A stretch of 64,000 bases of DNA from Candidatus Parcubacteria bacterium. Its GTDB lineage: Bacteria; Patescibacteriota; Minisyncoccia; UBA6257; HR35. A program made the translations under genes and the position numbers. This document shows, in pieces, positions 57,698 through 64,000 of the stretch. A model generated the notes under the pieces. That model saw nothing but the letters and a program-made list of their open reading frames with translations, had not been told where the DNA came from and ran no database searches. The stretch lies in assembly GCA_025999335.1 (NCBI GenBank), contig AP024681.1:3414-67413 (forward strand), written 5' to 3'. Numbering within the stretch: the first letter of the stretch is position 1; each line of letters begins with the position of its first letter.

Positions 57698-59474
57698 TAA
57701 ATTTATTTTTAAGCTTTAGTTTTATTTTAACATAAAAATTTTTAAATATAATTACAATCAAAATAATTATAATGACTAACTTCCAATCAAGAGCATATAA
57801 AAACCAATAATATGACTTTAATTCAATATTTATGTGAATACCTTCGCCTTCCCGTGCTTCAATAATATTACTTTTATAAGGATAATACCCATCAGCTTCA
57901 ACTGTTAAATAATATTTACCTTCAGGAACTAAAAATGAATAATTACCTGATTGATCAGTAAATTGAGGATTGGTTTGCAAAAATTTTTTAGCATCCCATA
58001 TTTCAAAACTTTGTTTCTGATAATTAAAAGAATATAAAGTAACTTTAGCGTTAGCAATACGCGCTTCCCTGCCGAAAATTCTTTCAAAAACATAACCTTC
58101 AGGGTCAATAACTGTAATCAAGCGTAATTCTTTAACTCCCAAATCTATTGTTTTGTATTCAACAACTGTTATAATCTCAAATTTCCCGTAAATTTTTGAA
58201 GGCAACTGGACTTTTGCTGTGTAAATACCATCATTATCGTCATCAAAATATTGAAATTCATAAACTTTAAAACCATACTCCACATTTTTAGCAAAAATAA
58301 CATTAATAAAACGTTGCCACCAAGACGTCGCTGAACCTCGATACAATAAATAACCTTTCAAACTTTTTACTTCAGATGACGGTTTGTAAACTAATAAAAG
58401 CTCTTGCTTATTTAAAACATTAATTGCCGGTAAAATTTCATTATTTTCATCTACTATTAAAAACGGCTTTATATCAAACATATCTTTATGAGTTTTAACA
58501 AAAACCAGATCTGAAGGAATTTTATCTTTATAGTCTAGAGAAAGTTTAGCAAGAGGTAAATTAACATTAAGAACTTCCCTTAAAGTCGGAATATGAATTT
58601 TGGCAATTTTTAATTTTTCTAAATTTAACAAATTATATAATCCTACATTCTGAAAAATCTTATTCACTTGCGGTAATTTTAAAGCTAATAATCTTATATT
58701 TTCCGGTAAATATATTTTTGTAAAATCAACCATTGGCTGATTATAAATAGTATAAGTAAGCTTTAAAGGTATAAATCTTATTACATTCCAACGTAAATCT
58801 ATGCTTGTTTTTAAGGCTTCTATTTCTTGTTCTCTAAAATAAGGAATTGATCTTTTAATTTTTTTAGTTATTTGTCTAGTAACCTCTTGAACTCGTTTAG
58901 TTTGTTGGCTAACAAAATTGTTTAAGTTAGCAAACAAATCTTCTATATTTTTCTTTAAAATTTCAAGAGTTGAAGAATTAATGTAAAGCACCGCCGAAGA
59001 GTTAAAATTATAATCACGACTATAAGAACCCATCACTCTGCTACCTTCAGATGTTGCCGTTGCTTTACGCCACAAAGTTTTAACTTTACAATCGGAGCAA
59101 TCAAAATTAATTTTACTATCATCTCTAACAACGATAGCATAACCTGAAAATTCTCCAGTAAAAGGATTAATTTTAACATTAGAAAAATCAATCCAACCAA
59201 TATTTTCACCCCACGCATAACCAGCTAAATTACCATCGCCATCATTAGTAACTCCAGCTGTTAAAGGCGATAAATTAATCCATCCATAGTTCATACTCCA
59301 AGCATAACCTGTTAATTTATTATCAAAAACTTGAACATTGCCATAAGTAGGCGCAAAATTAACCCATCCTAATGTTTCGCCCCAAGCATATTTATAATTT
59401 GTATCAATGCTAGCAGCAATTATAAAAAAAGCTGGTGTTATAAAAAATAGAATGATAAGAATCTTTTTTGCCAT
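57690..59474 (-). CDS. Surface protein with YAW-x-x-x-x-GWI repeats and a carboxypeptidase-regulatory-like domain
   Basis: Signal peptide; three YAW..GW(V/I) repeats; NPQFTDQSGNYSFLVPEGKY; C-terminal TM helix. Confidence 0.75.
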   Translation of the reverse strand: MAKKILIILFFITPAFFIIAASIDTNYKYAWGETLGWVNFAPTYGNVQVFDNKLTGYAWSMNYGWINLSPLTAGVTNDGDGNLAGYAWGENIGWIDFSNVKINPFTGEFSGYAIVVRDDSKINFDCSDCKVKTLWRKATATSEGSRVMGSYSRDYNFNSSAVLYINSSTLEILKKNIEDLFANLNNFVSQQTKRVQEVTRQITKKIKRSIPYFREQEIEALKTSIDLRWNVIRFIPLKLTYTIYNQPMVDFTKIYLPENIRLLALKLPQVNKIFQNVGLYNLLNLEKLKIAKIHIPTLREVLNVNLPLAKLSLDYKDKIPSDLVFVKTHKDMFDIKPFLIVDENNEILPAINVLNKQELLLVYKPSSEVKSLKGYLLYRGSATSWWQRFINVIFAKNVEYGFKVYEFQYFDDDNDGIYTAKVQLPSKIYGKFEIITVVEYKTIDLGVKELRLITVIDPEGYVFERIFGREARIANAKVTLYSFNYQKQSFEIWDAKKFLQTNPQFTDQSGNYSFLVPEGKYYLTVEADGYYPYKSNIIEAREGEGIHINIELKSYYWFLYALDWKLVIIIILIVIIFKNFYVKIKLKLKNKFNE

Positions 59475-62400
59475 TATTCATTAGTCGTTATCGCTGGTTG
59501 ATTCTCTGATTGATTATTATTAATAGAACTATTAGATTCAGCATTAGAACTATTAGACGAATTATTACTAGAATTATCTTGAAAAGTATTATTGTTTATG
59601 TTAGAACTCTCTGAAGATTGATTATTAAGATTGCTTGAAGCACTATTATTGCTTGCCGGTAGGTTATTTGTTTCTTGATCAGAATTAACAGAAGATTCAG
59701 ATGTTACTGATGAAGACGAGGAAGACGAGGATGAAGAAGAGGATGGCGATGAAGAAGAGGTTGAAGTATTAGAAGTTGACGAAGACGAAGATGTTGTTGT
59801 TGATGATGGCAAATCTGATGTTGAAGAGCTGCTTGTTTGTTGAGTTTGATTATTATTAGAATTACTCACATTTCCATTATTATTACCAGAATTCCCAGAA
59901 TTATAATTATTATTGCTACTATTAAAATTATTAAGAGTTGACATATCTGAAGCATTAGAACAATTACCTTTAATCTTTTTAAGCTCGCCAGCAGCTATGT
60001 ATACGCAATAAGATTCACCAGTAATCTGATCTTTCATTTCTAAAAATTCTGTTTTTATTTTTGGTGAGATTATATAACTTGCCGATAATTGCTGAACTAT
60101 TATTTCTTTTACTGTCAATAAATTCTTTTCAATTGTTAAACCTAATGATCGTAAAGCATCAACAACATAGTATTGAATGTTTAAGAAGAAATCTTTCACT
60201 AATTGATAAAGATAAATAGGTAAACTTTCATACTTAATTCCTTCTGGGGTCCCATCTTTAAATCTTACCAATTCTGGAAATTGAGTTGCTACTTCTTCAG
60301 CAATAAACCCAACTTGTTTACCCGGCAAATTAAATGGTAAATCATTTTTAAATTCAAACTCTTTAGGAGTTAATGATAAAAATTTATCTTTATCAAAAAG
60401 TAAAGCTTGAATATTCGTTTTATAACGTAAAGATGAGGGCGTGCAAATAATTTTTCCTGAAGCATCTGCTGATAAAGAACAGTTAACGGCGTTTGTTTGT
60501 AAAATATCTCCTTGAACTGTTAACTTTGCCAAAGGCGTCGTTGTTCCAATAGCAACAGAATTTTCTGTCATTCTCATTATTTCTTCGCCTCGTTGATTTT
60601 TCAAAATTAAAGCTTGTGGCGAAATTGATGTTTCAGTTTCCACAAATCTAAATTCATTAGCAAAAACTAAGTCACCAACAGTTGTTGTTCCTGCGTAAAG
60701 ATTTGCCCATCTTCTTCCAGACGCTCCTAAACTATAAAGATTATCAGCTTCCGGTAAAATACTCCAAGCAGTTGTTGTTCCTGACACATGTAATTTTGTC
60801 GCCGGCGTCGTTGTTCCGATAGCAACAGAACTCGTTGTTATTCTCATTATTTCATTTGTATTGCTCTTAAAAATAATACTACCTTGTTTTGAAGCTGTGC
60901 TTGTACTACTCGTCCCTGCTGTTATAATAACACTACCAGCTTGATCACCACCACTATTGCCAGCAGTAATATTAATATTACCAACAGCACTTGAAAAACC
61001 GGTATCAGATGTCCTAATGGTAACGCTACCAATAGATACGGAAGAACCTGTAGCAGCTATTATAATATTTCCAGAAGTAAGACCTGGACCAGAACTAATA
61101 AGCACATCTCCTCCCTTTGAAAAGTTCGTACCACCCATACCACCAAGAATGTTAACTGAACCTCCTTTGGCTATGGTTGTAGTACTTCTGTCAACATTAC
61201 CTCCTCTAATATTAATATCACCACCTCTAGCACTACCTGAAGAAGTTGCTCCTAAAATAGTTAAATCTGCTCCTGCGGTATTAGAAGTATAAGAAGGAAG
61301 AATATTAATAGTTACATTTTTTTGAGGGCTAAAGAAAAGGTTACTATCTAAACTACTAAGCGTTACTGTAGCAAAAGTAGAAGTATTTAAAACAGTAAGA
61401 TTACCAGTTATTAAAGCATTACCTTGAACAGCAAAATTTACAATCGGACTCGTTGTTCCGATACCGACGTTGCCGCTTGAAACAGCTGAACCTGTAGCAG
61501 TATTAATTCCAGTTGCAAAAATAAGATTACCGATATTTAAGAAATTAGAAGTTGTTGTTGCCGGAGTGCCTGCTTGATAACCTATTAAGATATTTCGAGA
61601 ACCAACAGTTGGAGCAAAAACTGAATCATAGCCTGACTGATAACCAATAATAATATTTCCTGTGCCTGTGGTTAATTGATAGCCTGAAAAAGCTCCGAGT
61701 AAAGTATTATAACGATCAGCGGAGGTGTCTAAATTAAAACCAGATTGATAACCTACAGCAACGCCATAATTCATTCCTTTTGCTTGATAACCTACAGCAG
61801 CGCCACTACCAAATCCTTGAGCGCCATACCCCACTCCAACGCCATAACCAAAGCCCCATGAATCATATCCTATAGCAACACCAGAAACAATGGCTGAAGC
61901 ATTATATCCTACAGCAACACCGGAAATATAACCTTGAGCATTATATCCAATAGCAGTACCTGAACTATAACCTGCGGCACTATATCCTACAGCAACACCG
62001 GAATTGTAACCTCGAGCATTATATCCAATAGCAGTACCTGAACTATACCCCAAAGAACTATAGCCTATAGCTACCCCTGAAGACGCTGAATTAGCCCCAA
62101 TACCAACGCTTACCCCATAATCAGTGCTATAACTATTTGCGCCAATAGCTAGACCATAATTATATGAGCGAACTAAAAGCGAATTCAAAATATCTACAAA
62201 ATCAAAACTTCCCCAACCTGTATTAAGATAAACAATTTTAGCACCTTTAAAAGTTGTAAGTTTATTTATTATAGATGTAGCCCCAACTTGTTTAATAATT
62301 ATTTCACTGCTACTTGTAGGTGCTGAAACATTATAAATAACAAATGAATCGCCTTGACGAGCTGTTGCTGTTGCTAAATATACAGTTACCGATGAAGTAG

Positions 62401-63298
62401 CAACATTAAAATACTGATACATCTTATCAACCCCTGGAGTTAAAGTAATATTAGATGTTAAAGTTGCAAAATTAACATCCACGCTTAAACTATTTTTTAA
62501 ATATAAATCTCTAAAAATAACAGATGAAGAAGTATTGATATCTTGAGGTAAAGATAAAATGATATTATTACTTGAAGTATTAACATTAATCTGGTTAGCG
62601 CTGCCTAACAAATTAATTGTGCCGGTTAAATTATTTAAAGATAAAACTCCCGAATTTTCGATAACAGGCGTAGCAGTGCCAAAAATATTAATACCACTGC
62701 CGGGTATTAGTAAAGAAGACAAGTTCTTGTATTCTAAACCCGTAGCTCCAGAATTGACTGTTAATAATTGATTAGCATTACCTAAAGAACTTAAACCAGT
62801 ACCACCTGATAAAATTGATAAAGGACTATCTAAAGTTAAAAAAGAAATAGAAGTCGTTGCTAAAATTGAATTGCCATTAACTTGAAAATTAACTGCCGAA
62901 CTTGTTACACCAACACCTAATTTATCTAAAAAAAACTTACTACCTGCAAAAAATTGAGTACTTGTTGAAACTAAACCTCTGCTAGTTAAAGAAGCATCTG
63001 GTAAATAAAATATATGCTGAGAACCTGTTGAAATAATTTGAAAATCATTGCCTGTAGAAGTTACATTAAAAGATTGGGTTGAAGTGATTAAATTATTTAA
63101 AGAAACAATCGGCGGCGTAACTGTGCAATTGGTTGTTGTTGGCGCACATAAAGGATCTAATGTTTCCCCAGGCAAATAAGGACTTACAGGCGGAGCAGCA
63201 TTAACATTTAAAGCAATTAAAAAATTTAAAAATAATAGAAAAAACAATAAAAAAAGCTTACAAAAATTAATTTGTGTTAATAATTTCATTTCTAACAA
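59474..63298 (-). CDS. Large secreted fibre/adhesin with YadA-head-like repeats and a peptidase S74 chaperone domain
   Basis: Signal peptide; 13-aa GVAVGY repeats; GNVGIGTTSP motifs; SSLRYKTNI...GFIAEEV; Ser/Asn-rich tail. Confidence 0.8.
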   Translation of the reverse strand: MLEMKLLTQINFCKLFLLFFLLFLNFLIALNVNAAPPVSPYLPGETLDPLCAPTTTNCTVTPPIVSLNNLITSTQSFNVTSTGNDFQIISTGSQHIFYLPDASLTSRGLVSTSTQFFAGSKFFLDKLGVGVTSSAVNFQVNGNSILATTSISFLTLDSPLSILSGGTGLSSLGNANQLLTVNSGATGLEYKNLSSLLIPGSGINIFGTATPVIENSGVLSLNNLTGTINLLGSANQINVNTSSNNIILSLPQDINTSSSVIFRDLYLKNSLSVDVNFATLTSNITLTPGVDKMYQYFNVATSSVTVYLATATARQGDSFVIYNVSAPTSSSEIIIKQVGATSIINKLTTFKGAKIVYLNTGWGSFDFVDILNSLLVRSYNYGLAIGANSYSTDYGVSVGIGANSASSGVAIGYSSLGYSSGTAIGYNARGYNSGVAVGYSAAGYSSGTAIGYNAQGYISGVAVGYNASAIVSGVAIGYDSWGFGYGVGVGYGAQGFGSGAAVGYQAKGMNYGVAVGYQSGFNLDTSADRYNTLLGAFSGYQLTTGTGNIIIGYQSGYDSVFAPTVGSRNILIGYQAGTPATTTSNFLNIGNLIFATGINTATGSAVSSGNVGIGTTSPIVNFAVQGNALITGNLTVLNTSTFATVTLSSLDSNLFFSPQKNVTINILPSYTSNTAGADLTILGATSSGSARGGDINIRGGNVDRSTTTIAKGGSVNILGGMGGTNFSKGGDVLISSGPGLTSGNIIIAATGSSVSIGSVTIRTSDTGFSSAVGNINITAGNSGGDQAGSVIITAGTSSTSTASKQGSIIFKSNTNEIMRITTSSVAIGTTTPATKLHVSGTTTAWSILPEADNLYSLGASGRRWANLYAGTTTVGDLVFANEFRFVETETSISPQALILKNQRGEEIMRMTENSVAIGTTTPLAKLTVQGDILQTNAVNCSLSADASGKIICTPSSLRYKTNIQALLFDKDKFLSLTPKEFEFKNDLPFNLPGKQVGFIAEEVATQFPELVRFKDGTPEGIKYESLPIYLYQLVKDFFLNIQYYVVDALRSLGLTIEKNLLTVKEIIVQQLSASYIISPKIKTEFLEMKDQITGESYCVYIAAGELKKIKGNCSNASDMSTLNNFNSSNNNYNSGNSGNNNGNVSNSNNNQTQQTSSSSTSDLPSSTTTSSSSSTSNTSTSSSSPSSSSSSSSSSSSVTSESSVNSDQETNNLPASNNSASSNLNNQSSESSNINNNTFQDNSSNNSSNSSNAESNSSINNNQSENQPAITTNE

Positions 63299-63367
63299 AA
63301 ATATTGTTTAAATAAAACATATCTCTTTTACTTATTATTTAAATTATATCAATAAAATATATAAAAA

Positions 63368-64000
63368 TTAAAAATTTTTTGTTAATTCTTCGGGTGCATC
63401 AGGTTCAATGTTATAATAATTTATCAAAAACTCTGCAATTTTTTTAAAAGTCGGCGCTGCTGTTCCAAAAGCTAATAAACCTTTATCTGGTTTATCCAAA
63501 CGAACTAATACAATATACAACGGATTGCTTGCTGGTAAAAAACCGATAAAATTAGTAATAACTTGATCACTATACCCTGACATACCATTTATGCTCATTT
63601 TAGAGTAAGGTAATAAAGCGGATCCAGTTTTGCCAGCAACATTATAACCACTAATACGCGCTTTTTTAGCTTGATTTTTTATTACACCTTCTAAAATTGG
63701 CATTATTGTATTTAAAGTTTTATCATCAAGGATATTATTAGAAATAATTTGCGGCTCGTTTTTGATAACAGAGCTATTAGGCAAAATAATTTTATTCACA
63801 AAATTAAGCTTCACTAAAGAACCTCTGTTAGCAAAAACATTAAAACTTTGAATTAAATTTAAAGGCGACAAACTAATCCCCTGTCCAAAGCTAGCTGTAC
63901 CAAAATTAGCATTCCTACCCGGATTGGATAAATTATTAAAATTAGGTTTCTCTAAAATAGGAAAATCAACTTCGGCAATTTGATTTAAACGAAATAGATT
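63368..64000 (-). CDS. Class B penicillin-binding protein (FtsI/PBP2), C-terminal part
   Basis: SFGQG upstream in frame; AGKTGSA and AAPTF motifs; runs off the window end. Confidence 0.88.
   Translation of the reverse strand, partial: NLFRLNQIAEVDFPILEKPNFNNLSNPGRNANFGTASFGQGISLSPLNLIQSFNVFANRGSLVKLNFVNKIILPNSSVIKNEPQIISNNILDDKTLNTIMPILEGVIKNQAKKARISGYNVAGKTGSALLPYSKMSINGMSGYSDQVITNFIGFLPASNPLYIVLVRLDKPDKGLLAFGTAAPTFKKIAEFLINYYNIEPDAPEELTKNF

Noticed and set aside
1797-62771. Numerous short antisense or nested ORFs in the ORF track (e.g. 1797-2009, 27159-27458, 50496-50870, 60957-61292)
   Set aside because: They are shadows of well-supported genes on the opposite strand or frame, with no independent motifs.

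Overview
Very AT-rich (~25% GC by eye) bacterial chromosome segment. The gene repertoire (DUF87/TraG-like ATPase + RmuC, type IV pilus cluster, S74-chaperone fibre protein, YAWGENIGWI-repeat protein, few Shine-Dalgarno sites) points to a Patescibacteria/CPR (Parcubacteria-like) genome; this is inference. Most of it is housekeeping: metK, gdhA, ppsA, eno, pheST, rel, znuABC, mltG, uvrB, gatB, prfB, ftsEX, ndk, rpmF, nusB, rnc, cca, murC, gap, rpe, rpiB and 4 tRNAs. There is also a restriction-modification S-subunit locus and a hicBA pair. Three signals stand out. (1) A family of ~90-130 bp imperfect palindromes built from ~10-bp-spaced YRCRRAY / RTYYGYR units is inserted in frame, in the same register, into eno, pcm and rpe, with a degenerate copy just upstream of gap and a compensatory base-pair change between two copies. 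(2) An unrelated 168-bp GC-rich element with 10-bp terminal inverted repeats lies in frame in gdhA. (3) Two tandem secreted beta-propeller genes have near-identical ends but shuffled internal repeats carrying variable Cys-X(5-10)-Cys loops.
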